From a virus (Duplodnaviria; Heunggongvirae; Uroviricota; Caudoviricetes), in the IMG/VR virus record IMGVR_UViG_3300002026_000032, positions 16,351 through 80,350 of that record: a DNA stretch of 64,000 nt. One strand, written 5' to 3'. Shown here piece after piece: positions 1 through 9,523 of the stretch (position 1 is the first letter of the stretch; every line of letters starts with the position of its first letter). The notes under the pieces were generated by a model. It saw only the letters and a program-made list of their open reading frames with translations, did not search any database and was not told the DNA's origin. The translations under genes were made by a program, and so were the position numbers.

Positions 1-310
1 TCGATGATGGGACATGAACTCGACCATGAGATATAGCACCAATGCTTTCCAGCTCAGCAACAACTGCATAATCATCGATGTCAGTCGCCAATGTCTTTTC
101 TTTGACGCCATAATCAATCAACGCGGATTTGATCTCTTTGATTCGATCATTCTGCTTTCTGGAAGTTTTGTTGGTATCAGCGATTGTTGTAGTCGCTAAA
201 GTTGTGAATGTATACCCTTTGTAATTCTTGAGAGTAAGGGCAAGGTCTGTTTCATTTCGAAAGCTTACAACCTGAAATACATTTGCTGCAATTTTGTTAA
301 TGTCAACCAT
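1..310 (-). CDS. hypothetical protein (5' part only; gene continues past window start)
   Basis: Minus-strand ORF with ATG at 310 (MVDINKIAANVF...) preceded by a GGAG RBS; it runs off the window edge. Confidence 0.5.
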   Translation of the reverse strand, partial: MVDINKIAANVFQVVSFRNETDLALTLKNYKGYTFTTLATTTIADTNKTSRKQNDRIKEIKSALIDYGVKEKTLATDIDDYAVVAELESIGAISHGRVHVPSS

Positions 311-374
311 TTGATGTCTCCTTCTAAGGAATTAATAAATTAAACATGCGATCAGATTCCAACAATTCATTCAG

Positions 375-725
375 TTATATACTTTCTCCACACCGAAATG
401 ATCTACAGCTTGTTTTTGTAGCCATATATTTGTTACGAAGTTCTGTAGATATTGGACGATTAACATCCGAATACAACACAGCTGAACGGGCTTTACGATA
501 GCATATTTGACCAACTGTACCGACAATGTTAGCCGCGGTTGTTGCCGCATCAAATCCAATATCAGAACATAGTCTAACCACCGATTCGATGTTTGAGTTA
601 TATACTTTTTCCACACCGAAATGATCTACAGCTTTATTCAACATGTTTACGAAATATTGATATCTGGTTTGGTTGTCAATGATGACCTGCTGTTCGAAAT
701 GATCTTGATTTTCTCTGTTACGCAT
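375..725 (-). CDS. hypothetical protein
   Basis: 116-aa ORF co-oriented with neighbours; its 3' end overlaps a 40-bp duplicated segment. Confidence 0.45.
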   Translation of the reverse strand: MRNRENQDHFEQQVIIDNQTRYQYFVNMLNKAVDHFGVEKVYNSNIESVVRLCSDIGFDAATTAANIVGTVGQICYRKARSAVLYSDVNRPISTELRNKYMATKTSCRSFRCGESI

Positions 726-775
726 AGTAGTTCCTTGTCATTTTGTTTTAAATAAAAGTGTGTGATGATTTTTGG

Positions 776-1708
776 TTAACACATGGACATAGCCGTATGG
801 AACGCACGATTCTTCAGATCTGCACCAGCACCAACCAGAGATGATACGAATCGTTTATCAACATCAGATCCGAAGAAGTGATCAACAAACTCAGTTGTAC
901 CATTGTAGAGATCCCACATGGTGGAGCCATTGTTACCCTTACCTTCTTCAAACAGTTCGATAACCTTTTCGCGCTTGTTTGAGTGAATTGATATCGATCT
1001 TGCTGTTGCACCTTCAGTAGGTGGAGTCATCAATATATCTAGGAAATTGTTCACCATATTACGATCAACCATCTTATCCGCCATGATTCTAGAAGCTTCC
1101 TCAAACTTCGAGAAGTATGAAAGAGCTGATCCATAGATCTGAAGTGCATCAGCCATGCGACCCTCAGCAGACGCAGTATGTGTAATCTTGATCTTCGACA
1201 CGGAATGTTTCATCGCGGCATTCAATTGGTTGCTGCAGAACAGTCGGATCGGGGTTATCATGGTATACAGGGAACTTGAGCCATCGTGGGAATTAACCAT
1301 GGTGACATAAAGATCGGTGCGATCATCATTACCAATGGTAAAGTTCTTGTTCAGCTTAGCCTGAAGGAACACACGAGAACCATCATCAACAGCGGCAGCG
1401 CGGGTATAAGTTGCACCATACTTCTCAGCAATCTCATCAAAGAATGCGAATGCTGATGAATTGCTAATTGGGTGATACTTTGTTCCAACAACACCAATTG
1501 ATTTGTAGTTATCAGATCGAGTAATGGCAAAGTGATCCTTGATGATATCACCAGTCACAATTTCACCTGATTCCGTAATACCATCACAAGTCTGAATCGG
1601 CATCTTGATTGGATCCCACAGAAGATCGCCAGCTTCGAGAGCATCAACGATATTATCAGCTGAGATTTCTTTGATCATTTTTGATACTGGGAATTTACGA
1701 ATAGACAT
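776..1708 (-). CDS. hypothetical protein, possibly of the phage/plasmid DUF932 type (unverified)
   Basis: 310-aa ORF with good coding look; family assignment is from memory only. Confidence 0.55.
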   Translation of the reverse strand: MSIRKFPVSKMIKEISADNIVDALEAGDLLWDPIKMPIQTCDGITESGEIVTGDIIKDHFAITRSDNYKSIGVVGTKYHPISNSSAFAFFDEIAEKYGATYTRAAAVDDGSRVFLQAKLNKNFTIGNDDRTDLYVTMVNSHDGSSSLYTMITPIRLFCSNQLNAAMKHSVSKIKITHTASAEGRMADALQIYGSALSYFSKFEEASRIMADKMVDRNMVNNFLDILMTPPTEGATARSISIHSNKREKVIELFEEGKGNNGSTMWDLYNGTTEFVDHFFGSDVDKRFVSSLVGAGADLKNRAFHTAMSMC

Positions 1709-1780
1709 AATAAGCTCCTAAGCTTTAAAATTAATTTCTGAAAATTATCTTTGCGTGATAACTACTTGATAGCAATACAA

Positions 1781-2143
1781 TTAATCGTACAATGAATCAT
1801 GCCATTCTTCGGTGAAGATACCAGCAGCAGTGTCAACAATTGTACACAGTACTTCGTCAGTTCCATCGACCTGCATATACCGGGGATCATCTGATCTCTC
1901 TAACCCACTCAACGACACCTGTAGCACTTCATCGAATAGAACATGGTAGTCACGCTCAAACCCACCAACCATGATGGTACCCCATTCATCAAAGTCTTTG
2001 AAGAATGTCGTGGTTGAGTTGCCATAGTTATCGGTGATGATCAACGTATGGTGATCACCTTTAGTAGCTCTCGGTAGTATCTGGGCGGTGTATGTGAATG
2101 AATCACATCGAATCTTATGAGCATCACTCAATTGTTTAGCCAT
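1781..2143 (-). CDS. hypothetical protein
   Basis: 120-aa ORF, tightly packed in the minus-strand array. Confidence 0.5.
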   Translation of the reverse strand: MAKQLSDAHKIRCDSFTYTAQILPRATKGDHHTLIITDNYGNSTTTFFKDFDEWGTIMVGGFERDYHVLFDEVLQVSLSGLERSDDPRYMQVDGTDEVLCTIVDTAAGIFTEEWHDSLYD

Positions 2144-2150
2144 ACGTACC

Positions 2151-2699
2151 TCACTTATGATAGAATTTAAAATACCGACTGTTCATTGTGTATGCCATGG
2201 TGTCTCGCACCTTGATCCTACATTTGGTGTCATCGTCATGATCTTGTCCATGGTGGGGGCAACTTTCACAATCAATCGTATACAGATTCACCTTAGCAAT
2301 AAAGTCCTCCACAGACCCACTTGAGTTTGGCAGAGGATCGCTAATGATTTTGATTACTTCAATCGGTTGCCCAGGTCTAGGGAACCGATAAGGGAATGGT
2401 GGAAGATTGGCTAATTCAATCTCGTCATTCGTTAGTCGAACCAATATATCACCCGGTGATAAAAACACCGGCGCCGACAGATCCATTTCACATTTAGTTG
2501 ATGATAAAATTTTCACCAGTTCATCCACATCCATAGATTCAACAGTTTCATTCAAAAGCTTCTCATTCAATTGAGCCTTCATTTGTTTAGCCATTTCAAC
2601 CATATCTGATGGCTTTGGTTCACCCATACCACCAGGCATCATCGATCTCAAGAACTCAGCGAATCCATCGCTAGCATCTTCATGTTCATCAAAACTCAT
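2151..2699 (-). CDS. hypothetical protein
   Basis: 182-aa ORF. Confidence 0.55.
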   Translation of the reverse strand: MSFDEHEDASDGFAEFLRSMMPGGMGEPKPSDMVEMAKQMKAQLNEKLLNETVESMDVDELVKILSSTKCEMDLSAPVFLSPGDILVRLTNDEIELANLPPFPYRFPRPGQPIEVIKIISDPLPNSSGSVEDFIAKVNLYTIDCESCPHHGQDHDDDTKCRIKVRDTMAYTMNSRYFKFYHK

Positions 2700-3007
2700 A
2701 AACCCTCCTCGGTAATTTCAATTGTTGCTACATGGAACTTTGGTTCTTCATCTTGTGTTGGTAGGAAATAAAAATCCCAGACTGTATTGTTTGACTGACG
2801 ATCACACAACAAGTCCGAATCTTCAGTACTGAAGAATCCTCCAACCCAATGTGTATTTACCTCAGGATCTAAATGATCCAAATGTGTTAGACCGGCACAG
2901 AACTCTTTAGCAAATCGTAGAGCCGTATCCATATCAGATACCAACTTAGGTGATACATTAGATACATCATACCGAAACTTGATATTCATTTTAATCCCCC
3001 GAAACAT
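2696..3007 (-). CDS. hypothetical protein
   Basis: 103-aa ORF; its start overlaps the upstream stop by 4 nt, suggesting translational coupling. Confidence 0.5.
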   Translation of the reverse strand: MFRGIKMNIKFRYDVSNVSPKLVSDMDTALRFAKEFCAGLTHLDHLDPEVNTHWVGGFFSTEDSDLLCDRQSNNTVWDFYFLPTQDEEPKFHVATIEITEEGL

Positions 3008-3374
3008 AGATTATGAATTGATCCCCATTAACAGGATTGTCATGGTGTGTTAATGTCGCTTTAAGAGACGGCAGTTCTAAGTCATAAAAGAATGTTAGAG
3101 TGCCATGGGTGTACATAAGCTTGTTGACTAGATTATGGGCATCAACTTTTAATGATCCGGATCGTTGGAGCCAACCCATGTTGCGACATTCAACATGGAG
3201 GATCTTATCATCGGGATTGATTCGGGTGAGTTGTTCATCAATTAGTTCCAACCACTCTTCATAGTTGGTGTCTGGATATTCACCATCCATATCTGGATAT
3301 TCAATAATACATGGATACTTGTGTTCAATCAGAGATTGAACTTTATCTACACTCATACAATGCCTCCTAAGCAA
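2991..3374 (-). CDS. hypothetical protein
   Basis: 127-aa ORF. Confidence 0.5.
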   Translation of the reverse strand: MLRRHCMSVDKVQSLIEHKYPCIIEYPDMDGEYPDTNYEEWLELIDEQLTRINPDDKILHVECRNMGWLQRSGSLKVDAHNLVNKLMYTHGTLTFFYDLELPSLKATLTHHDNPVNGDQFIIYVSGD

Positions 3375-3720
3375 TTAATAAACCGGTATTGGTTGCAGCT
3401 TTCAATATTGATCTTGATAACTTTAATCGAACATCATTAACAATGTCAGATGACACGAATGTCATGAGATCAACGATTGATGTGTCGATTATCATGTTAT
3501 CAAATTCCAGTGGTTCTCCGGAAGTTATTCGTGCTATCGCTTCACATCTTTGCATCTTACACATATGCTTGATGACTTGATCAGTCAAAAAGCTCAAGAA
3601 CTTCAATGGCACCATCCCATAGCTAATTATAATCTTGTCATTATCACTCAAGAATTCCAAACATCCTGAAGCGAAATGATCCCAGTCATAAGTATACATA
3701 CAACACCCCCTAAGTGTCAA
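3367..3720 (-). CDS. hypothetical protein
   Basis: 117-aa ORF. Confidence 0.5.
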   Translation of the reverse strand: MTLRGCCMYTYDWDHFASGCLEFLSDNDKIIISYGMVPLKFLSFLTDQVIKHMCKMQRCEAIARITSGEPLEFDNMIIDTSIVDLMTFVSSDIVNDVRLKLSRSILKAATNTGLLIA

Positions 3721-3729
3721 ACATTAACT

Positions 3730-4305
3730 CTAAGATATATCTGAGTTGATTCCAACAGGTATAAAATCTGATGGATAATTATTTCTACACCGGAACGCTA
3801 GAGCTTGCTCTCTTGAGTCGAATCGTCTAGCCGATGATCGGTATTCACTTCGCCAGCATTTCCGAGGATTAGCTGATGTGTGAATATAACAACCTTCGGA
3901 ATCCCTCAGAACATATTCACCTTTGGGTCTATTGATATAATCCTGATAACACTTCCACATGATATCATCTCGTTTTGTGTTATATACATCACACTCACCT
4001 TTAGTTCCATCAAATGGGAATCCACCAAGATCAGCGTATTCTTTTGTTGTGCAAGCATACCACACAGCCAGAGAGAACTGATTTGGTTTACCACCTTTCG
4101 TATCATGAAATTCACCGAGGTAATAACATCTTAAGATTGCTTTTATGGCAGCCTCTTCGCCATCGGTTTTATAGATAAGACTCAGTGGTATGTTATCCGA
4201 CCATTTGTTAACATATCGTGGTCTTATGTTACTGTTAAAAGAAGTTCCACGAACCACTTTGTTAACAGGATCCAAACTGAGTGAAGTAATAATTTCAACT
4301 CCCAT
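3730..4305 (-). CDS. hypothetical Cys/Tyr-rich protein
   Basis: 191-aa ORF. Confidence 0.55.
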   Translation of the reverse strand: MGVEIITSLSLDPVNKVVRGTSFNSNIRPRYVNKWSDNIPLSLIYKTDGEEAAIKAILRCYYLGEFHDTKGGKPNQFSLAVWYACTTKEYADLGGFPFDGTKGECDVYNTKRDDIMWKCYQDYINRPKGEYVLRDSEGCYIHTSANPRKCWRSEYRSSARRFDSREQALAFRCRNNYPSDFIPVGINSDIS

Positions 4306-4314
4306 ATGAACCTC

Positions 4315-4638
4315 CTACAGAGTCATGGTTAAATTATCGAATGAACAGCTACAACCGATATGTGACAGTGCCGATCTGTAAACTTTCTGGAACCGTTCAA
4401 ACTCATCGGTATCAGCGAAGATGATGTATCGGGGTTGTTCGCTTAACGACACAGAGAAATCCGGTCGTTGATATCTCAGACACTTCTCTTCGATGCGTTT
4501 GATATCATCAATGCTTACCAGAGTATTTCGGGACTCGATCAACTTAGCATCGATATACTCAAGGCTCAGCCCGTGTCTAACATAGTTCAATGCCTGAGTC
4601 GTTAGTTTCTTAATAGCTGATAATTTGTTGAAATCCAT
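4315..4638 (-). CDS. hypothetical protein
   Basis: 107-aa ORF. Confidence 0.5.
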   Translation of the reverse strand: MDFNKLSAIKKLTTQALNYVRHGLSLEYIDAKLIESRNTLVSIDDIKRIEEKCLRYQRPDFSVSLSEQPRYIIFADTDEFERFQKVYRSALSHIGCSCSFDNLTMTL

Positions 4639-4647
4639 AATATCCTC

Positions 4648-4902
4648 CTAAAATGGTTCTTTATCAAGTTTAATAACTGATATGCTTGTTGTAGTACTGC
4701 TGTATTGAGCAAAGTTAACAATGGGCGCTAATGTCATGAGCTGCTCGGTAATGAGATCAATGGGCAAGTCGTTTCTACTTGCCCTATTAACAGCAACAAC
4801 CACCATTTCAAAAACATCACCACCAATATGTTGAACTGATAAAATCTCATCACATTCCATTGATATCACTAGGAATCCATACTTTGGTTTAGGTTTCATC
4901 AT
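4648..4902 (-). CDS. hypothetical protein
   Basis: 84-aa ORF. Confidence 0.45.
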   Translation of the reverse strand: MMKPKPKYGFLVISMECDEILSVQHIGGDVFEMVVVAVNRASRNDLPIDLITEQLMTLAPIVNFAQYSSTTTSISVIKLDKEPF

Positions 4903-5369
4903 TGACCTACTTTCTTAAACACTTCACTGAACAGTGCATCATAAACATACTCTTCGCAGTAGTCGGTGACCGTGTAAACAAGATTATCCTTATCATGAGA
5001 TCCATTAAAGATCTCCGGGTCAAGTTCCAGAGCACGAACAACTGAGTTGGCAAATTTGATTCCATTTGAGTAAGCCCAATTGTAAAAGAAGAATCGGTCC
5101 TGAAAGTTTTTATCCAAGAATGCATACCCATTCTCCACATAATAATCGAAGTCGGCTGATACTGCAATGATGAACCGTGTCACATCATCCGCTGAATATT
5201 CTTCGGTGAATACAAATACCGGCTCATCTTTATCAATCATAAACGATGCATCAATTGACGGCTGATAAAAGCTATTCACTTGTATTGGCTTGCGGAGTTC
5301 ATCTGGTGATGAAGTCATAAGGACTTCCAACAGATCCCCCAGTGTAATAACTTCTTTTGTAAATTCCAT
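4899..5369 (-). CDS. hypothetical acidic protein
   Basis: 156-aa ORF; its start sits inside the 83-bp direct repeat. Confidence 0.55.
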   Translation of the reverse strand: MEFTKEVITLGDLLEVLMTSSPDELRKPIQVNSFYQPSIDASFMIDKDEPVFVFTEEYSADDVTRFIIAVSADFDYYVENGYAFLDKNFQDRFFFYNWAYSNGIKFANSVVRALELDPEIFNGSHDKDNLVYTVTDYCEEYVYDALFSEVFKKVGQ

Positions 5370-5445
5370 TTTTGACTCCTTATTTAATAACTGTCACTTC
5401 ATCATTACTAACCCAGAACCCATAAGCATCTTCCATTTTGCCCAC

Positions 5446-5601
5446 CTATTCACTATATTTCATTATTAAATATGGTATCATCCCTGCAACACCAAGAACC
5501 GACCCAATGCAACACCGGATAGCTTGGTTCCAACTCATGGGTAAGTTCCATGATACAATTAACACAATGAACATCGAAATAAACAACACACCATACTTCA
5601 T
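5446..5601 (-). CDS. small hydrophobic (membrane) protein, 51 aa
   Basis: Not in the ORF track because it is under 60 aa. ATG at 5601 follows GGAGGA; translation MKYGVLFISMFIVLIVSWNLPMSWNQAIRCCIGSVLGVAGMIPYLIMKYSE; lies between 83-bp direct repeats. Confidence 0.5.
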   Translation of the reverse strand: MKYGVLFISMFIVLIVSWNLPMSWNQAIRCCIGSVLGVAGMIPYLIMKYSE

Positions 5602-5687
5602 ATTATCCTCCAAAGATAGTGAACTAAACTACTACTCTAAAGATAACCCGAAAAGTAACTTCTTTTGTAAATTCCATTTTTGACTCC

Positions 5688-6035
5688 TTATTTAATAACT
5701 GTCACTTCATCATCACTAACCCAGAACCCATAAGCATCACGCCATGATCGAACCTCATCGGTGATCGAACACCAATCACCGACGATCCAATAACCACCTT
5801 GAGGTAGATTGAACGCCGGTTCACATTTAACACCCATAGGGATTCTAACATGTCGACCAGGGATAAAACTGTACCCCTGTTCTGATGGATTGGTTAATAC
5901 AGCACGGCCGATTCCAAAACCTAATCGATTTTGCTCTCGACGGCGATGCTCACGTTTAATTGCTTGACTAAGTGTTGTATCACCAAGGTCAAAACATTTC
6001 TGAAGTGTTGCTGCAAACAACAAACGATTATCCAT
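5688..6035 (-). CDS. hypothetical protein
   Basis: 115-aa ORF; its 3' end is part of the 83-bp repeat. Confidence 0.5.
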   Translation of the reverse strand: MDNRLLFAATLQKCFDLGDTTLSQAIKREHRRREQNRLGFGIGRAVLTNPSEQGYSFIPGRHVRIPMGVKCEPAFNLPQGGYWIVGDWCSITDEVRSWRDAYGFWVSDDEVTVIK

Positions 6036-6079
6036 AACACCCTCCTAAGGTGTGGGGCTTTTCATAAGCCCCAATTGTT

Positions 6080-6322
6080 TTAACATCTCGATAACAGTTC
6101 AATGATTCCCGATTGAAACTTTGATTTCTTTTGATCGATCATCGCGATCATCATACCAATCATAATCGCCGTTGATTCATTGCTTTGTGACTGTTGCATA
6201 TCTCTCAACATTTGAGTGCTTAAGTCAAACCCAGCAACGATACCTTTCGCAATTTCAAGAGTGTATGGAACGCCATCAACGACCACTCTTGGAAATATCA
6301 TACTACCACCCACTTCCCACAA
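6080..6322 (-). CDS. hypothetical protein
   Basis: 80-aa ORF. Confidence 0.4.
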   Translation of the reverse strand: MWEVGGSMIFPRVVVDGVPYTLEIAKGIVAGFDLSTQMLRDMQQSQSNESTAIMIGMMIAMIDQKKSKFQSGIIELLSRC

Positions 6323-6331
6323 AGTTACAGA

Positions 6332-6583
6332 TTATTTAATTTCAATTGTGTATCGTGCCATGCTTGCGGTGATAGCTACCGCAACAGACTCGCCGTTTGC
6401 AAACTTCTCACCATCACAATGGATAGCCATTGATACATGGAGAACTGTATCGACGGTCACCGCGCCGTCACAGTCTACCACCCATACACCACGGACTTTC
6501 CTAGCCAGCATGTAGTTTTCCGGCATTTGTCGAACTGTTTGAGAATACACCTCATATTGAATATCAACCATACTACCACCCAC
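6332..6583 (-). CDS. hypothetical protein
   Basis: 83-aa ORF. Confidence 0.45.
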   Translation of the reverse strand: MGGSMVDIQYEVYSQTVRQMPENYMLARKVRGVWVVDCDGAVTVDTVLHVSMAIHCDGEKFANGESVAVAITASMARYTIEIK

Positions 6584-6812
6584 TTTCGGTGGTTAAACAC
6601 TTTTCGGTATAGATATCACCGATGAATCGGTCGATATCCTGATAGAACAATTCATGATCACATGTAGTTTCCCACTTCAGTTGTAACTGGATGTCAACAT
6701 CATCGATGCATGATATGTTTGGGTAGTGAGCTCTAACCAGAGCTGCAACTGAGCTTGCTACCTTAGCAATTGATTTTGGGATTTGAATTTTACTAGCCAT
6801 CTTAGCCTCCAA
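6573..6812 (-). CDS. hypothetical protein
   Basis: 79-aa ORF. Confidence 0.45.
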   Translation of the reverse strand: MEAKMASKIQIPKSIAKVASSVAALVRAHYPNISCIDDVDIQLQLKWETTCDHELFYQDIDRFIGDIYTEKCLTTESGW

Positions 6813-6819
6813 TTTTAAA

Positions 6820-7071
6820 TTAAATCATTCCGCTGGCAACCATACCACCAACGCCTAATACAAACCAACAAAAACCACCAAGTCCATGAACCATCGACAC
6901 CATTATGACAAGAAGTCCAACGATGAATGTTGACATGGATCCAACCGATATCAGTGAGAAGATAATTAAACACGCAATCACTCCGTTAGCACCAGGGAAT
7001 AATTTAAAGATCGCAGTCACTGATAGTAAAAATAATAACCCAACAAATAATGCCGCTAGAGGATGCATCAT
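6820..7071 (-). CDS. small integral membrane protein
   Basis: 83 aa, almost entirely hydrophobic/Gly-rich (two predicted TM helices). Confidence 0.5.
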   Translation of the reverse strand: MMHPLAALFVGLLFLLSVTAIFKLFPGANGVIACLIIFSLISVGSMSTFIVGLLVIMVSMVHGLGGFCWFVLGVGGMVASGMI

Positions 7072-7078
7072 ATACTCC

Positions 7079-7303
7079 TTACTTTAATAAATACAACAAG
7101 TTACCAGAGGATTCAAACTTAGGAACGAACTTAGAAAACTCAGTTCCAATCTTTCCAGATTGATCCTCATCAATTACAGTTTGTAAATCATGATCCCAGA
7201 TCATGATCACACAATCTGAGCTGGCGATTACCCATGGATTCTCATTGAGATGATCCAACATTGCATAAGACACTTGAATGATTTCACCACTAAATTTACC
7301 CAT
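7079..7303 (-). CDS. hypothetical protein (74 aa)
   Basis: I moved the start to the internal ATG at 7303, which follows GGAGGA; the track's longer N-terminal extension overlaps the next gene out of frame. Confidence 0.45.
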   Translation of the reverse strand: MGKFSGEIIQVSYAMLDHLNENPWVIASSDCVIMIWDHDLQTVIDEDQSGKIGTEFSKFVPKFESSGNLLYLLK

Positions 7304-7607
7304 TTGTTTCCTCCAACCATTTGTAGTTTCTGAATACCATCGTCGGGTGACGATTTTTAAAGTTTTTAACCGCTTCAATTTTGTTACGAGCTCGTGTGTA
7401 ATATTCAATATCTGGGTAGTCACATCCAGCATGAGCCATGAACAATCGCTCACCAGTTCCCCAGTAAGCACCACCGTTATCATACCCATCGTTGCTGATA
7501 ACTACTTCAGCAATGTGAAGCTTGATGTCATCGGTTGGTGGATATGCACATTCATATCGTCCCTTCGGAGCACCACGACTGCAATTGACTTCAGGCATCT
7601 TTCTCAT
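7296..7607 (-). CDS. hypothetical protein (103 aa)
   Basis: Start re-set to the ATG at 7607, which has a GGAG RBS. Confidence 0.45.
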   Translation of the reverse strand: MRKMPEVNCSRGAPKGRYECAYPPTDDIKLHIAEVVISNDGYDNGGAYWGTGERLFMAHAGCDYPDIEYYTRARNKIEAVKNFKNRHPTMVFRNYKWLEETNG

Positions 7608-8061
7608 TTGTGGCTCCAATCTTCCGGAAGTTATAGAGTTCAGCACCAAGATCATAATCTGCAGTCCAACCAATTTGATTCAATGCTGTGATCACCAATT
7701 CACAGTTTGGATAATCATTCTCAAGCTCATGGAATTGATTCAGAACATCGAGAACATACTGAGGGAGATCCTCAATTCCGAGCTGAGTCCAATCATCAAT
7801 GACATCACAGATACCTTCAATTGCTTTCATTTCAGAACGAACTTTACTGTTGATATTCTCAACATGATCGGTAATTGATTTAAGAGCACTGGCAACATCT
7901 GATTTGAAATCCTCGATGCGACCAGTAATGCTCTTCCTGGCTGTCTCACTCTTGTCTAACAAATACTTCAACTCACCAATCTCACCATGGGCTTCAGCAA
8001 GTGTGGTCATCATTTCATTTCGTTCCCGCAGATATTTGTCTGCTTTACTTTCTTTGGACAT
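7591..8061 (-). CDS. hypothetical coiled-coil protein
   Basis: 156-aa ORF. Confidence 0.55.
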   Translation of the reverse strand: MSKESKADKYLRERNEMMTTLAEAHGEIGELKYLLDKSETARKSITGRIEDFKSDVASALKSITDHVENINSKVRSEMKAIEGICDVIDDWTQLGIEDLPQYVLDVLNQFHELENDYPNCELVITALNQIGWTADYDLGAELYNFRKIGATNEKDA

Positions 8062-8072
8062 TTGTACCCTCC

Positions 8073-8441
8073 TTATTCCATTCCACCAAATTCCATATTT
8101 CTTACATAGGATGAATTGTCATCTAGATAACTCCGACGCTCATAATTCCGGATAGAATCATCCTCTTCATCCTCTTCATCCTCTTCATCGTAATCGTCGG
8201 TATCTTCACCAAGAACTATATCCATGATGTCATTAGATATAACCCGAACACATTCGACAATAACATCAGGATCAGTCTCAGCATGGATTTCCCATACATT
8301 GCAGTTGGACTGATATTCTCTGGTGAATGCATGAGCATCTTTCTCCCATGATTCAACGGCATCAATTTCACTGACATCTTCACCGATGCCACAGAAAAAT
8401 ACACGGATCCCAACCAATAACGATTTCTGTTTAGTATTCAT
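8073..8441 (-). CDS. hypothetical acidic protein (DE-rich C-terminus)
   Basis: 122-aa ORF. Confidence 0.5.
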   Translation of the reverse strand: MNTKQKSLLVGIRVFFCGIGEDVSEIDAVESWEKDAHAFTREYQSNCNVWEIHAETDPDVIVECVRVISNDIMDIVLGEDTDDYDEEDEEDEEDDSIRNYERRSYLDDNSSYVRNMEFGGME

Positions 8442-8452
8442 TTGTAAGCTCC

Positions 8453-8725
8453 TTAGCTTAAAATTATGGAAAGATATGATTTCTTTTTGAATTGTTTGAA
8501 TTGTCTGGTGAGGTTAGATGCACAGACAACTGGTGGTACACACCATTGACGATCAAGATTCTGTAGGTATGCCGACACAAACGCTTTCGCATCAACAATA
8601 TCGGGATCATCACCTTGCTGATTAACATCTATCATATAATCGATAGCCTTGATCAGGGGCTGTTCATCTTTCATCGCACGAAACAGTTCAAGAATTGTTT
8701 CTTTGAAGTTATCATTCTCCATCAT
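8453..8725 (-). CDS. hypothetical protein (90 aa)
   Basis: Start re-set to the ATGATG at 8725, which has an AAGGAGG RBS. Confidence 0.45.
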   Translation of the reverse strand: MMENDNFKETILELFRAMKDEQPLIKAIDYMIDVNQQGDDPDIVDAKAFVSAYLQNLDRQWCVPPVVCASNLTRQFKQFKKKSYLSIILS

Positions 8726-9044
8726 CTTCCTCCTTCCAAAACCCGTAATCACTACCATCACCTAGATGAGAACCGAAGTAAAATCCATATGGTGCATATG
8801 CATCCAATGTGTTGAATAGAACTTCATTCAAGAAATATGAACAATCCTCTGAATCCCACCATAATGCGTTATCATCTTCCATGACATACGCTGGGATCAC
8901 ATTCATGATCTGAACATATTCCTGTGTGTCACGAATGACACTCAAGAATGTTGGAATCAAATCCTGTGGTCGGTGAGTACCATGGCTTACTGTTGAATCC
9001 AGATCCGCATGGATTCTTGTACATGTTTGTTCTTCAATGAACAT
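8712..9044 (-). CDS. hypothetical protein (110 aa)
   Basis: Start re-set to the ATG at 9044, which has a GGAGG RBS and abuts the upstream stop. Confidence 0.45.
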   Translation of the reverse strand: MFIEEQTCTRIHADLDSTVSHGTHRPQDLIPTFLSVIRDTQEYVQIMNVIPAYVMEDDNALWWDSEDCSYFLNEVLFNTLDAYAPYGFYFGSHLGDGSDYGFWKEEDDGE

Positions 9045-9045
9045 T

Positions 9046-9513
9046 TTAATCCTCCAATCGGTAGAACTTTTTATTCTTATACAGCAACACAAAAGTGTAC
9101 TGAGATGAACAGATCTCATGTGAATATAGGAATTCACCACGAGTGATCTTACCATCACATGAATTGAATCCATAGGCTTCGGCGCCACCGGCATTCCTTG
9201 ACATCAACCCACCAACCACAGACTTCACATCTTCAAGTAGCGATCCACCAACTTCAACAAGTCGGCGTTTAACACATCGATCGATACCGGTGGCGCCAAT
9301 AGCACGACTGAAGTCACTTTGCCAATCACCTAAATTAGAATCGCCAGTTTGACGATCAATTTTAAACCATTCAACCCATGACTCAAACTGATCTTCCGAC
9401 CAATTAGAACGAACTCCATCAAACACTAATCGCTCAACAGTCTCACGATAATCACTCAGATTATCAAGAAGCAACTTAGTCACAACCAGTGACATATCCC
9501 ATTTATCCATCAT
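9046..9513 (-). CDS. hypothetical protein
   Basis: 155-aa ORF. Confidence 0.55.
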   Translation of the reverse strand: MMDKWDMSLVVTKLLLDNLSDYRETVERLVFDGVRSNWSEDQFESWVEWFKIDRQTGDSNLGDWQSDFSRAIGATGIDRCVKRRLVEVGGSLLEDVKSVVGGLMSRNAGGAEAYGFNSCDGKITRGEFLYSHEICSSQYTFVLLYKNKKFYRLED

Positions 9514-9523
9514 TAACTCCTTT

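Noticed and set aside
5438-5683. Plus-strand 81-aa ORF from the track
   Set aside because: It is antisense to the well-supported 51-aa membrane ORF and runs through the direct-repeat copies. It has no RBS, so it is likely spurious.
7079-7489. Long N-terminally extended versions of several track ORFs (7079-7489, 7296-7673, 8453-8761, 8712-9194, 11776-12102, 11969-12274, 14005-14517, 19447-20310, 22144-22431, 22406-23071, 28191-28763, 29805-30422, 51168-52667)
   Set aside because: The extensions overlap the preceding gene out of frame and have a junk-like composition. Internal ATGs with good RBSs that abut the upstream stop are more plausible.
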